The notes below the pieces were generated by a model that was not told the origin of the DNA, searched no databases, and saw only the letters and a program-made list of their open reading frames with translations. The position numbers and the translations under genes were made by a program. Shown here piece after piece: positions 29,261-39,396 of a stretch of DNA of 64,000 bases (its first letter is position 1; each line of letters opens with the position of its first letter). The DNA is from Trueperaceae bacterium (GTDB lineage Bacteria; Deinococcota; Deinococci; Deinococcales; Trueperaceae), in NCBI GenBank assembly GCA_965213705.1, contig OZ243913.1, positions 1,312,001 through 1,376,000 on the forward strand, in the 5' to 3' direction.

Positions 29261-30679
29261 GTGGTTTTCAGCACGAGCCTGTTTTTGTTTCTTTTTTTGC
29301 CCGTCTTTTTGCTGGTTTACTACCTGCTGCCGTTTCGGGCGCGTTCCGCTTGGATTTTGCTGGCGAGTTATGCGTTTTACGCTTGGTGGCGCGTCGACTT
29401 TTTGGCGCTGTTCGTCGCCACGACCCTGTGGAGTTACCTCGTAGGGCGGCTGGTCGGGCGCTTTCGCGACACGAACCGCCAGCGTGCCCGGTTCGCGCTC
29501 GCGCTCGGGGTCGTCGGCAACCTGGGCACGCTCGCCTACTTTAAGTATTTCAACTTCGGCGTCGACAGCCTCAACGCGCTGCTGGCGGGGGCGGGCGTCA
29601 CGCCCGTGACGACCTGGCAGGTCATTCTGCCCGTCGGCATCTCGTTTTACGTGTTTCAGGCGACGAGTTACCTCGTCGACATCTACCGCCGCGACGCGCC
29701 CGCCGACGAACCGTTTTTCGACGTGGCCGCCTACATCGCCCTGTTCCCGCAACTCATCGCCGGGCCGATTCTGCGCTACAAAGACTTGGCGGCCCAGTTC
29801 AAACGGCGGACGCACACCTTTGAGAAGTTTTCCGAAGGGTCGACGCGCTTTATGGTGGGGTTTTGCAAAAAGGTGTTGATAGCGGACGGCGTAGCTTCCC
29901 TCGCCGACGCGGTGTTTGCGGCGTCCGCGCCGAGTTTTGCCGACGCCTGGCTCGGCGCGCTCGCCTACGCGGTGCAGCTCTACTTCGACTTTTCGGGGTA
30001 CTCGGACATGGCGATAGGTCTCGGCCTCATGATGGGCTTTCGCTTTGCCGAGAACTTCAGGCACCCCTACCTGGCGCGGAGCGTCACCGAGTTCTGGCAG
30101 CGCTGGCACATCTCCTTGTCGACCTGGTTGCGCGACTACCTCTATGTTCCCCTGGGCGGCAACCGCGTGTCGCCGCGCCGCACCTACCTCAACTTGCTCA
30201 CCGTGATGCTGTTGGGCGGACTGTGGCACGGCGCCGCCTGGACGTTCGTGCTGTGGGGCGCCTGGCACGGCGGCATCCTCGCCCTCGAGCGCTACCTGGG
30301 CGGGCGCAAGCTGTGGCGCGCTTTGCCCGCGGCGCTTACCATCCCCCGCACTTTCGTGCTCGTCACCCTGGGCTGGGTGACGTTTCGCGCGGCGGGTTTG
30401 GACGGTGCGCTGACGATGTACGCGGGCATGACCGGGCGCAACGGCTGGGGCGTGAGCGACGCGCTGGCTTGGCAACTGAACGCCTCGGCGCTTGTGACGC
30501 TCGTGATAGGTTTGGCGCTCGCCACCGTCGTGCCCTGGTGGGGGTTTGCCCGGCGCGGCTCGATGCCCGCGCGCGTGCGGCCGGCGACCCTCGACTTGCT
30601 CGTCCTGCCCCTGTTCGTCTTGGGCGTTTTGCGCGTCTCGGCCGAAAGCCTCTCACCCTTTTTGTACTTTCAGTTCTGA
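29261..30679 (+). CDS. algI: MBOAT O-acyltransferase (AlgI/PatA type)
   Basis: VFSTSLFLF, LPVGISFY, FPQLIAGPI, YFDFSGYSDMA, FWQRWHISLSTWLRDY, GLWHGA, FLYFQF. Confidence 0.93.
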   Translation: MVFSTSLFLFLFLPVFLLVYYLLPFRARSAWILLASYAFYAWWRVDFLALFVATTLWSYLVGRLVGRFRDTNRQRARFALALGVVGNLGTLAYFKYFNFGVDSLNALLAGAGVTPVTTWQVILPVGISFYVFQATSYLVDIYRRDAPADEPFFDVAAYIALFPQLIAGPILRYKDLAAQFKRRTHTFEKFSEGSTRFMVGFCKKVLIADGVASLADAVFAASAPSFADAWLGALAYAVQLYFDFSGYSDMAIGLGLMMGFRFAENFRHPYLARSVTEFWQRWHISLSTWLRDYLYVPLGGNRVSPRRTYLNLLTVMLLGGLWHGAAWTFVLWGAWHGGILALERYLGGRKLWRALPAALTIPRTFVLVTLGWVTFRAAGLDGALTMYAGMTGRNGWGVSDALAWQLNASALVTLVIGLALATVVPWWGFARRGSMPARVRPATLDLLVLPLFVLGVLRVSAESLSPFLYFQF

Positions 30680-31797
30680 TGGACTACCGCGCGCCTCGCG
30701 CCACGCACTCCGCCAAGCGCCGGGTACGCCTCCGGTTGCGCCGGCGGCTGCCGGGGCTGTTCATGGTGCTGTTTTTGGCGGGCGGGCTGACCCTCACCGC
30801 GCTGAACCCGGCAACGCTGCAGCTGCCGCGGGGGAAGCCCGTGCTGAATGGCAGCTGGGCGGCGGCCTACCAGGCGCGTTTTGAAGAGGCGTTGCCGCTG
30901 CGCGAAACGGCCCTGACGACCTGGGGCGGGCTGTCTTACTGGCTGTTCGGTGAGGGCCGCGCGGGCCTGCTGATAGGCGACGACGGCTGGCTGTTCAGCA
31001 CTGAAGAGTTCGCGCGGCCCGAGAACGCGGCCACGCAGACGCGCGCGAACCTCGCTTACATCGAAGACGTTCGGGACGCCCTGGCCGCGCGGGGTATCGG
31101 CCTCGTCGTGGTGGTGGTACCCGCCAAGGCGCGCGTTTACGAGGAACGCTCAGGGCGCTACACTTTGCCGGACGACGCGCGGCAGCGTTACGCAACGTTG
31201 CGCGCGGCGCTCCTGGCGCGCGGCCTCACCGCGCCCGACCTGCTGGGGGCGCTCCTCGAGGCTAAAACGGAAGGCGAGGTTTTTTTGCACACCGACACCC
31301 ACTGGACGCCCTACGGCGCCCTCGTCGCGGCGCGCGCGGTCGCAGCAGCCGCGCCGCCGTTCGAAGGTCGGGGCGAGACACCTTTCGAAACGCGCTCGAG
31401 GGACGCCCAAGACTACCGGGGCGACCTGCTGAACTTCTTGCCGCTCGGCCGCTTGTCCCGGTTCGGACCCCCGCCGGACCGGCTCGAGCGCGTCGAGACC
31501 GTGGCGCAGACGACCTCGCAAGGCGGCGCGAACGCCCTCTTCGGCGAGGTCACGATTCCCGTGACGCTCGTCGGGACGAGCTACAGCGCCGACCCGCGCT
31601 GGAACTTCGCGGGCGCGCTGCAAACGGCGCTCGGCGCGGACGTGCTGAACGTGGCCGACGCGGGCCAAGGCCCGTTCGTGCCGATGGCCCGCTACTTGGC
31701 AAGCGAAACGTTAAGTAACACCGTGCCCGAACTCGTCGTTTGGGAGTTGCCCGAGCGTTATATCGACAAGGCTTACGAAGTCGGGGGAACGCCGTGA
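30679..31797 (+). CDS. algJ: AlgJ/AlgX-type SGNH O-acetyltransferase
   Basis: GDDGWLF, VPAK, TDTHWTPYGA, LVGTSYS, VWELPERY. Confidence 0.9.
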   Translation: MDYRAPRATHSAKRRVRLRLRRRLPGLFMVLFLAGGLTLTALNPATLQLPRGKPVLNGSWAAAYQARFEEALPLRETALTTWGGLSYWLFGEGRAGLLIGDDGWLFSTEEFARPENAATQTRANLAYIEDVRDALAARGIGLVVVVVPAKARVYEERSGRYTLPDDARQRYATLRAALLARGLTAPDLLGALLEAKTEGEVFLHTDTHWTPYGALVAARAVAAAAPPFEGRGETPFETRSRDAQDYRGDLLNFLPLGRLSRFGPPPDRLERVETVAQTTSQGGANALFGEVTIPVTLVGTSYSADPRWNFAGALQTALGADVLNVADAGQGPFVPMARYLASETLSNTVPELVVWELPERYIDKAYEVGGTP

Positions 31798-33005
31798 CAC
31801 ACAAACTCTGTTTTTTCTTAGTGTGGCTGCTGGCCGGCTGGGGCTTCGCGCAACCGGGCCGCTTGCTCGAGGTGACCCGGACCGCGTCCCTCCAGCCCGC
31901 CGACATTGACCGCGTGAGCGGCGGGCGGTTTCGCAACAACGGCGGCGACCTGCCGAGCCCGCAGTACGCCGTGACCGCCTACCTCGTCGTGTTCGAAAGC
32001 ACCAACTTAAACGGCGACGCGGTGCCGGTGACGGCGCAGGTGTTCGTGCCCCGCACCGACGCAGGCGAGCGGCCGATGTTCGTGTTCGGGCCGGGCTCGA
32101 CCGGGCTCGTCGAGGCCTGCGCGCCGTCGCGGCCTTACGTCGAGAACCGCAGCTGGGACACCTACAACGCCTACACGCTCGCCTACGCGGGGCGGGGCTT
32201 TATCGCGGTGATGCCCAACTACATGGGCTTTTTCGACGACGGCGTGCTGCAACCGTACTTCAGCCGCGTCGCCGAAGGGCGCGTGCTCCTCGACGCGGCG
32301 CGGGCGACGCGAGCGCTGCTGGGAGAGCTGGACGGTTCTCCAACCTCGGAAAGCGTGTTCGTCGGCGGTTTCTCGCAAGGGGGCCACGCCGCTTTTGCAG
32401 CCGCGGATTTGGCGAGCAGTTACGCGCCCGACGTGCCGCTCAAAGGGGTCGTCGGCTTCGGGCCGACGACCGACTTGGAGGCGCTGTTTCGGGAATTCAC
32501 CTACGTCGCGCCCTGGGTGGTCTACGCTTACGACACTTATTTTGGTGACAGCATCGACCCGGCCGACATCCTGGCGGAACCATATTTAAGCCGCCTTAGC
32601 GCCGACGCGGAGCGGCTGTGCGTTTTGGGCGTGCAGTCGTACTACCCGTCAGACCCGGCGGCTTTGTTCCGGCCCGAATTCAGTGCGGCGTTACTGAACG
32701 GAACTTTGGCCGAAACGTATCCGTCAACTTACGAGCTTTTTGTGGAAAACGACGCGGGCCTTGCCGGACACGGCGTTCCAGCTGTTATCCTGCAAGGGGT
32801 GAACGACCCGGTGGTGCTGCTCGAGTCGCAAAACGCCTTTGTGAGCCAACTCTGCGCCGCGGGCAGCGCGGTTCGTTACCCGAACTACCTGCGCACCCGC
32901 CACGAGACGCGCTACATCGGCTTTGAAGAGGCGACGGCCTGGATGGAGGCGCGCGCCGCGGGCGAAGACCCGCCCTCGGACTGCGACCTGCTGCCGTCCG
33001 ACTGA
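31794..33005 (+). CDS. Secreted LIP-family lipase/esterase
   Basis: GSTG..CAPS, PNYMG, GFSQGG nucleophile elbow, QGVNDPVV, terminal His. Confidence 0.88.
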   Translation: MTHKLCFFLVWLLAGWGFAQPGRLLEVTRTASLQPADIDRVSGGRFRNNGGDLPSPQYAVTAYLVVFESTNLNGDAVPVTAQVFVPRTDAGERPMFVFGPGSTGLVEACAPSRPYVENRSWDTYNAYTLAYAGRGFIAVMPNYMGFFDDGVLQPYFSRVAEGRVLLDAARATRALLGELDGSPTSESVFVGGFSQGGHAAFAAADLASSYAPDVPLKGVVGFGPTTDLEALFREFTYVAPWVVYAYDTYFGDSIDPADILAEPYLSRLSADAERLCVLGVQSYYPSDPAALFRPEFSAALLNGTLAETYPSTYELFVENDAGLAGHGVPAVILQGVNDPVVLLESQNAFVSQLCAAGSAVRYPNYLRTRHETRYIGFEEATAWMEARAAGEDPPSDCDLLPSD

Positions 33006-33017
33006 GGAGAACCAAGC

Positions 33018-34244
33018 ATGTGTGAACGCTTTCGCCATTTGACGCTCGCCATCTTTTGTGTTTTAGCCGCCCAAACCTCCCTCGCCCAACCTGCCGCACC
33101 CGGCAGCCTCGTCGAGGTCACGGCGCTCGGCGTGGTCGAACCCGCCGAGATTCGCCGCCTCGCCGCGCCCCTGTTCGCCCCCGCTGCGGTGCCGCCCCTG
33201 GAGCTTGCCGTCGAAACCTACGGGCTCCGCTACCTCACGACCGGTCTGGACGGTGCGCCGACCGAAGTGTTCGCACAGCTGTTCGTGCCCGTTTACGCGA
33301 CCCCCGAGGCGCGTCCCCTGTACGTGTTCGGGTCGGGTACTACGGGCGTCGCCGACAAGTGCGCGCCGTCTCGAGAAGCCGAGTACCCTCACCCGTTGGG
33401 CCACTACCGCGCCTACCTGCTCGCTTACGCCAGCCGGGGCTTTGTCGGCGTGTTTCCGAACTACCTCGGTTTCGACGACCCCGAGCGCACGCAAGCCTAC
33501 TTCAACGCCCTCGCCGAAGGCCGCGTCATGCTCGACGCCGTGCGCGCCGCCTACGCATTTTTTGAGCAGTACCCCGCCACCGCGTCGCTTTCGGGGGCGG
33601 TGTTCACGGCCGGTTACTCGCAAGGCGGTCACGCCGCTTTTGCCGCGGCGGACTTGCGCCCGACTTATGCACCCGAGCTGCCCCTGACCGGGGTCATCGG
33701 CTACGGCGCGACGACCAACGTCGCGCGGCTGCTGCGCGAAGGGCCTTATTACGCGCCTTACATTGTGCAGTCTTACAGCACGACTTACGGGTCTGAGGCG
33801 TTCGACCCCGCCGCGGTTTTGAACGCGCGCTGGCTGCCCACCCTGCAAAACGACGTGGGCACGCGCTGTGTCGACGAAGTGCAGGCCTACTACCCTTTCG
33901 ACAGTAAGCTCATGTACGCGCCGGAATTCGCGGCCGCTCTTTACGGTGACACCCTGGCGGCGAGCTTCCCGAACGTCGCCCGCATCTTGGAAGAAAACCG
34001 CACCGGACTGTCCGGCCATAAGTTGCCCGCGCTCATCGTGCAGGGCGAAGACGACGTCATCGTGCGCAACCCCACGCAAACGCTGTTCGTTTCGGAGCTG
34101 TGTGCCGCGCAGAGTTCCGTGTTGTATTTGAGTTTCCCCGCGGTGCGCCACCGTTACACCCGGCAGATTGGTTTCGAGCCGTCGCTCGCCTGGATGGAGG
34201 GCTTGGCGCGCGGTGAGGCCGCGCCGTCGGTCTGCGGCGACTGA
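33018..34244 (+). CDS. Secreted LIP-family lipase/esterase (tandem paralog)
   Basis: GTTG..CAPS, PNYLG, GYSQGG, QGEDDVIV. Confidence 0.88.
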   Translation: MCERFRHLTLAIFCVLAAQTSLAQPAAPGSLVEVTALGVVEPAEIRRLAAPLFAPAAVPPLELAVETYGLRYLTTGLDGAPTEVFAQLFVPVYATPEARPLYVFGSGTTGVADKCAPSREAEYPHPLGHYRAYLLAYASRGFVGVFPNYLGFDDPERTQAYFNALAEGRVMLDAVRAAYAFFEQYPATASLSGAVFTAGYSQGGHAAFAAADLRPTYAPELPLTGVIGYGATTNVARLLREGPYYAPYIVQSYSTTYGSEAFDPAAVLNARWLPTLQNDVGTRCVDEVQAYYPFDSKLMYAPEFAAALYGDTLAASFPNVARILEENRTGLSGHKLPALIVQGEDDVIVRNPTQTLFVSELCAAQSSVLYLSFPAVRHRYTRQIGFEPSLAWMEGLARGEAAPSVCGD

Positions 34245-34256
34245 TTTGTGAGTCGA

Positions 34257-34697
34257 CTAAGGGGTGGTGGGCAAAGCTGTGGGCAAAGCCGCGGTGTTCT
34301 CGAGCCGGGCGGCGGCTTCACCGAGCAGTACCGCCAAAGCCCTGACACCGAAGTCGCTCTCGACGGCGACGGGCGTTTCGGTGAAAATCGAGAGTAGAAA
34401 GGGGGGACGCCCGGCGTCCGCATAAGCGCTCAAGCTGATGTAGCCGGTCAGCCCGGGTTGGTACAGGGTGAGCGTTTCGCCGGAGGGTAAGGTACGGCTT
34501 TCCGCCAACAGAGCTTGCGTGGCGGTGACGAAGGTCTCGAGCTGTTCGCGCGTGAACATGCTCGCCCCCAGCGTGACGGTGTCGCTTTCGACGCTTACCT
34601 CGACCGCCAAAAGCTCAGCCAAGGCGGGCTGCGCGTAAGCCGCCCACAGGGCGGAAAAAAGTGCCGTGACCAGGCAAAGTTTACACATGCGCTTCAC
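34257..34697 (-). CDS. Secreted hypothetical protein
   Basis: Signal peptide (AYAQ), 146 aa. Confidence 0.7.
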   Translation of the reverse strand: MKRMCKLCLVTALFSALWAAYAQPALAELLAVEVSVESDTVTLGASMFTREQLETFVTATQALLAESRTLPSGETLTLYQPGLTGYISLSAYADAGRPPFLLSIFTETPVAVESDFGVRALAVLLGEAAARLENTAALPTALPTTP

Positions 34698-34819
34698 ATC
34701 TTTAAGGATAGAGCTAGAAGGCTCGAGGGTATGTCGAAAACATCACGTTTGCAATCCTATTGGCGCGGTGACTGGCTGTTTCTTCCTACAGCCGTATTGT
34801 TTCAAAGCCAAACGCTTGA

Positions 34820-35326
34820 TTAGTCTTCCAACCCCCGCTTCGGCAACGAGGCCCAACCTGGCGTCGAGTCGGTGCGCTGGCGCAGGAGCAAGTTGAGCTG
34901 CGCCGCGTGGTGCTGGACATGCCGGGTGTTGTAGACTGCCAGCTCGAGCAGGCTGAAATCTTTGTACTCACCGACAAAACGCTGCTGTGATTTTTCGGGG
35001 GTCAGGCTGTTGATAAAGGTGCGGCTTTTCGTCCACACAAACGTAAGATAATCCAGCAACTCCTCTTGTGAATACGCGCGCTCCGGCAAAGTTCCCTCTT
35101 CACTAAATTCGTCGGTGGTAAAGGGTGCAGGGGGCTGAAACTCTTTTTCGGTCGTCTCCGAAAAATAATAATCTGTCCAAAACAGGGTGTGGTACGCCAG
35201 ATACCAGAACGCTTGGGGTCGCCTCTCAGCGCCCCAGACTTCGGCTGGATAGGCGACGACGGCGTTCTCGAGCATTTGCAAAGCGCCGCCGAACTGGTTC
35301 CACAGAGTCTGTTGCAAATCGCTCAT
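34820..35326 (-). CDS. DinB-family protein
   Basis: WYLAYHTL, YNTRHVQHHAAQL. Confidence 0.85.
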   Translation of the reverse strand: MSDLQQTLWNQFGGALQMLENAVVAYPAEVWGAERRPQAFWYLAYHTLFWTDYYFSETTEKEFQPPAPFTTDEFSEEGTLPERAYSQEELLDYLTFVWTKSRTFINSLTPEKSQQRFVGEYKDFSLLELAVYNTRHVQHHAAQLNLLLRQRTDSTPGWASLPKRGLED

Positions 35327-35391
35327 GGCGTAAGCATAGCAGGGTCATAGGGTGACTCAAAAAGAGGAGATGTCGCAGACGCCTCGATTTC

Positions 35392-36582
35392 TCAACGTAC
35401 TAAAATCAACGCTTCCTGCGGCGTCGATAACACCTCAGCCCCATCTTCCGTAATGAGCACGTCCTGCTCCACGCCGATGGGCACGCCGTCCACATCGGTC
35501 GTGCCGTGAACCACCGGCTCGACCGTGTAAACCTCGCCCGGTTGCAGCGGCGCGTTGCCGCGCTCGCCGTAGCGTTCGCCGATGGGGGAGAGCAGGGTGC
35601 CGCCGTCGTGGACGGTGCGCCCAATCTGGTGCCCGAGCGCGTGCGGGTAAGGTGTGATGCCGCTGTCTTCCTGATGTTCTCGCGCAATCCGGTCGAGTTC
35701 AAACCCGAGCTTACCGGGAGCCATTGCCCGAATCGCGCGGTGCATCGCTTCTTGAGCGACCTCGAAACGGCGCTGCATCTCGAGCGGTGCGCTGGTCTCG
35801 CCGTCAGCCAAAACGTAGTAAGTGCGTTGCAGGTCGGAGGTGTAACCCTCGTAAAAACAACCCATGTCGATGAGCACGGTGTCGCCGGGTTTGACCTTCT
35901 CGTCGCCCGGCGCGCGGTGGCCGATGCCGTTTCGCCCCGCCATCACGTTCGCGCCGTCGCCGAACGAGGGAGAGGTGCCGTAGAACTTCTGTCTCTCTTT
36001 GATAAATTCGACAACCTGCCGTTCGGACATGCGAGGTTTGATGAAGGCGTCCACTTCGGCGAAAATCCGCTCGGTCAACTTAACGGCTTCGCGGATGCGC
36101 CGCACCTCTTCCGGGCTTTTACGGGCACGCAAGGGTTCTAAAACGTTTTGCGAAGAGACGATGCGTTTTTCCAAGTCCGGAAGACCCAAGGTTTCTTTAA
36201 GTCGCAGCAGCAGTCCGTAGCTCAAGCCGTCTGCGAGCGGGTCGTCTTGAGAATAGTTCAGGGCGAAGGTCGTCAGGTCGTGGTCGCGGACGACGAGGCG
36301 CAAAGGTTCGGCGAGGCCGCTCGAGCACGCCACTACCTCGTCATAAACGCCCGCCTTTTCAGCGTCGTGGCGGTCGTAGTCGGTCACGAGGGCGATTTTC
36401 CGGCCCGCTTTGGTAAAGACGAAAACCGTCTCCCCAATTACGTCGAAACCTGCGAACAGCGTCGCCGCGCGGTCGCTCTGTTCGCGGCAGGGAATTATCC
36501 AGGCGTCGGCGTTCAAGGTCGGGAGCAGCGCGTCAAGCTGCGCGTGTTTTTCGCGGATGAGGGTCAGGTCGTGCTCGAGCAT
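35392..36582 (-). CDS. M24 Xaa-Pro aminopeptidase
   Basis: RARKSPEEV, IDMG, YTSDLQRT, HALGHQIG..VHD, TVEP, VEQDV. Confidence 0.92.
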   Translation of the reverse strand: MLEHDLTLIREKHAQLDALLPTLNADAWIIPCREQSDRAATLFAGFDVIGETVFVFTKAGRKIALVTDYDRHDAEKAGVYDEVVACSSGLAEPLRLVVRDHDLTTFALNYSQDDPLADGLSYGLLLRLKETLGLPDLEKRIVSSQNVLEPLRARKSPEEVRRIREAVKLTERIFAEVDAFIKPRMSERQVVEFIKERQKFYGTSPSFGDGANVMAGRNGIGHRAPGDEKVKPGDTVLIDMGCFYEGYTSDLQRTYYVLADGETSAPLEMQRRFEVAQEAMHRAIRAMAPGKLGFELDRIAREHQEDSGITPYPHALGHQIGRTVHDGGTLLSPIGERYGERGNAPLQPGEVYTVEPVVHGTTDVDGVPIGVEQDVLITEDGAEVLSTPQEALILVR

Positions 36583-36611
36583 GGCCTCACTCTAGCAAGA
36601 CTCGAGGGTGC

Positions 36612-38087
36612 TCAAGCGTCGTAAGCGCCCGCCGTCGCCTCGCCGCCCGTTCCCGTCCAGTTGGTGTGAACCTTTTCGCCCGGTTTGTCCAAACGCTCGT
36701 AAGTGTGCGCCCCAAAATAGTCGCGCTGCGCCTGGATGAGGTTGGCGGGCAGCTGGGCCGAGCGGTAGCCGTCGAAAAAGCTCAAACCCGCGCTCATCGC
36801 CGGGGCAGGGATGCCGAGCAGCGCCGCCTGCGCGACCACGCGCCGCCAGGCACCCTGGGCGGTTTGAAGCGCGTCTCTGAAAAACGGCGCGAGGAGCAGG
36901 TTCGGCAGTTCGGGGTCGCTCTGGTACGCCGCCATGATGTCGTTCAAAAAGCGCGAGCGGATGATGCAGCCCCCGCGCCACATCTGGGCGATGCCCGCGT
37001 AGTTGAGGTTCCAACCGTAGGTTTTGGCAGCCTCCCTGAACAGCATGTAGCCCTGCGCGTAAGAGACGATTTTCGAGGCGTAAAGGGCGGCCTCGAGGTC
37101 TCGCAAGAACGCCTCTTTTTCAGGCATTTGCGTGTCGCTCGGGCCGGATAAAACTTCGGAGGCCGCGATGCGCTCATCTTTGAGGGCGGATAGAAAGCGG
37201 GCGAACACGGCCTCGCCGATTAACGTCAGCGGGACGCCGCCCTCGAGAGCGCTCGCCACCGTCCACTTACCCGTCCCCTTTTGCCCCGCAGAGTCTAAAA
37301 TCTTGTTCACCAACTGCTGCCCGTCGGTGTCCTTGACGGTAAAAATATCGGCGGTAATCTCGATGAGGTACGAGTCCAGACGGCCTGCGTTCCACTTGGC
37401 GAAAGTTTCGCCCATCTCGGCGGCGCTCATTGACAGCGCGTCTTTCATCAGTTGATACACTTCGGCGATGAGTTGCATGTCGCCGTACTCGATGCCGTTG
37501 TGGACCATCTTGACGTAGTGGCCCGCGCCGCCCTCGCCGACCCAGTCGCAGCAGGGGACGCCGTCCACGTGGGCGGAAATGTCCTGCAGGATGTTTTTGA
37601 CGTGCGGCCACGCTTCACTGGAGCCGCCCGGCATGATGGAGGGGCCGTGCCGCGCGCCCTCCTCGCCGCCCGAGACGCCGGTGCCGACGAAGCGGAGGCC
37701 CTGTTTCTCGAGCGCCATAACCCGCCGCGCGGTGTCGTGAAAGCTCGAGTTCCCCCCGTCGATGACGATGTCGCCCGCTTCCAGGTGCGGCGTAAGTTCC
37801 TCGAGGACGATGTCCACCGGCGCGCCCGCCTGCACCATCAGCATCACGCGGCGCGGGCGTTTCAGGGCGGCGAGCATGTCTTCCAACTCTGCAAAGCCGA
37901 CGACGTTCATGGCTTTGGCGGGGCCGTTGACGAAGTTCACCATCTTGCTCGTCGTGCGGTTGGTCACGGCAACCCTGTAGCCGTGGTCGCTCATGTTCAT
38001 GCCGAGGTTCTGGCCCATCACCGCCAGCCCGATGAGGCCGATGTCGGCTTTGTCGTCTGCACTTCCTTCGGTATTTACGTCGCTCAC
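36612..38087 (-). CDS. gnd: 6-phosphogluconate dehydrogenase, decarboxylating
   Basis: IGLIGLAVMG, IDGGNS, GVSGGEEGA, KMVHNGIEYGDMQ, QAQRDYFGAH. Confidence 0.97.
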   Translation of the reverse strand: MSDVNTEGSADDKADIGLIGLAVMGQNLGMNMSDHGYRVAVTNRTTSKMVNFVNGPAKAMNVVGFAELEDMLAALKRPRRVMLMVQAGAPVDIVLEELTPHLEAGDIVIDGGNSSFHDTARRVMALEKQGLRFVGTGVSGGEEGARHGPSIMPGGSSEAWPHVKNILQDISAHVDGVPCCDWVGEGGAGHYVKMVHNGIEYGDMQLIAEVYQLMKDALSMSAAEMGETFAKWNAGRLDSYLIEITADIFTVKDTDGQQLVNKILDSAGQKGTGKWTVASALEGGVPLTLIGEAVFARFLSALKDERIAASEVLSGPSDTQMPEKEAFLRDLEAALYASKIVSYAQGYMLFREAAKTYGWNLNYAGIAQMWRGGCIIRSRFLNDIMAAYQSDPELPNLLLAPFFRDALQTAQGAWRRVVAQAALLGIPAPAMSAGLSFFDGYRSAQLPANLIQAQRDYFGAHTYERLDKPGEKVHTNWTGTGGEATAGAYDA

Positions 38088-38123
38088 GGTCGTCCTCCTA
38101 AGTTGCCCCCGCGTTTTACCGAC

Positions 38124-39266
38124 TCAGCTTAAAGGCAGCGTCTGCGCCCCGTCCGTCGCTGCGCAGACATAGAGGTTCGGGTCTTTGGCGGTTTTTTCCT
38201 GGTAACAAGACGTGACAGCCTCGACAAACACCTCACTTTTTTGAGCTTCGACCAGCGCCACCGCGCAACCCCCAAAACCGCCGCCCGTCATGCGCGCGCC
38301 GTAGCAGCCCGGTTGGGCTCGAGCGCACTCGACCATCACGTTCAGCGCGTCGTTCGTCACCTCGAAGTCGTCGCGGAGGCTGTCGTGGCTCGCGTTCATG
38401 AGTTGGCCGAGTTGGGCGGCGTCGCCTTGTCGCATAGCTTCGGCGGCGTCTAAGGTACGCTGGTTTTCGGTGACGACGTGGCGGGCGCGGCGGAAAACAA
38501 CGGGCTCGAGCCCATCCCCCCGCGCCTCCAAATCTTCAAGCGTCACGTCCCGCAAAGCCTTCACGCCGAAAAACTCGGCCGCCGCCTCGCACTGGGCGCG
38601 GCGCTCGTTGTAGCCCGAGTCGGTGTGGCTGTGCCGGGTCATCGTGTCCATCACGACAATGAGCGTGTTTTCGGGCAGGGTGACGGGCTCTGTTTCCAAG
38701 CTGCGGCAGTCGATGAGCAGCGCGTACCCCTCTTTCCCCGCCGCGCTGATAAGTTGGTCCATAATGCCGGTGTTCGCGCCGACGAACTCATTCTCGGCTT
38801 TTTGCATCGTTCGGGCGATACGGGGTGCGTCCCACTCGAAACCCGAGACCTCATAAAAGGCTCGAGCCGTGGCGAGTTCCAGCGCCGCCGACGATGACAG
38901 GCCCGAGCCGCGCGGCACGTCGCCCGCGACGACGCCCTCGAAGCCGGATAGCGCGTAACCCTCTTCCTGTAAGGCCCAGGCGACGCCTTTGGGATACTCG
39001 AGCCAGCCCTTGCTTTTTTTCAACGCGTCCAGGGAAAACGTGCCCCACACGCCGAAGTCGGCGGAATAGAGCCTGACTTTGCCATCTTTTCGAGGGCGCA
39101 ACGCTATCCACACCGCGCGGTCGATTGCCATCGGCAACACAAAGCCGCCATTGTAGTCGGTGTGTTCGCCGATGAGGTTGACCCGGCCCGGCGCGCGCAC
39201 AATTTTTGCGGGCGCGGTGCCGAACTTTTCTGTGAAGGTGTCGTGAACGGTTTGCTCGAGACCCAT
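38124..39266 (-). CDS. galK: Galactokinase
   Basis: APGRVNLIGEHTDYN, GSGLSSSAA, GARMTGGGFGG. Confidence 0.97.
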   Translation of the reverse strand: MGLEQTVHDTFTEKFGTAPAKIVRAPGRVNLIGEHTDYNGGFVLPMAIDRAVWIALRPRKDGKVRLYSADFGVWGTFSLDALKKSKGWLEYPKGVAWALQEEGYALSGFEGVVAGDVPRGSGLSSSAALELATARAFYEVSGFEWDAPRIARTMQKAENEFVGANTGIMDQLISAAGKEGYALLIDCRSLETEPVTLPENTLIVVMDTMTRHSHTDSGYNERRAQCEAAAEFFGVKALRDVTLEDLEARGDGLEPVVFRRARHVVTENQRTLDAAEAMRQGDAAQLGQLMNASHDSLRDDFEVTNDALNVMVECARAQPGCYGARMTGGGFGGCAVALVEAQKSEVFVEAVTSCYQEKTAKDPNLYVCAATDGAQTLPLS

Positions 39267-39396
39267 AAAAACTCCATACCCTTCGACTCGCCTCGGTCTC
39301 CGCTTCGCCTTGCGGCTTTTGCAGTGTGAGTACCGACGTTGAGCGGCTGCGTGTGCTATACCGAGTTTACCTTTGCAAACCCGACAGGGGGACACC

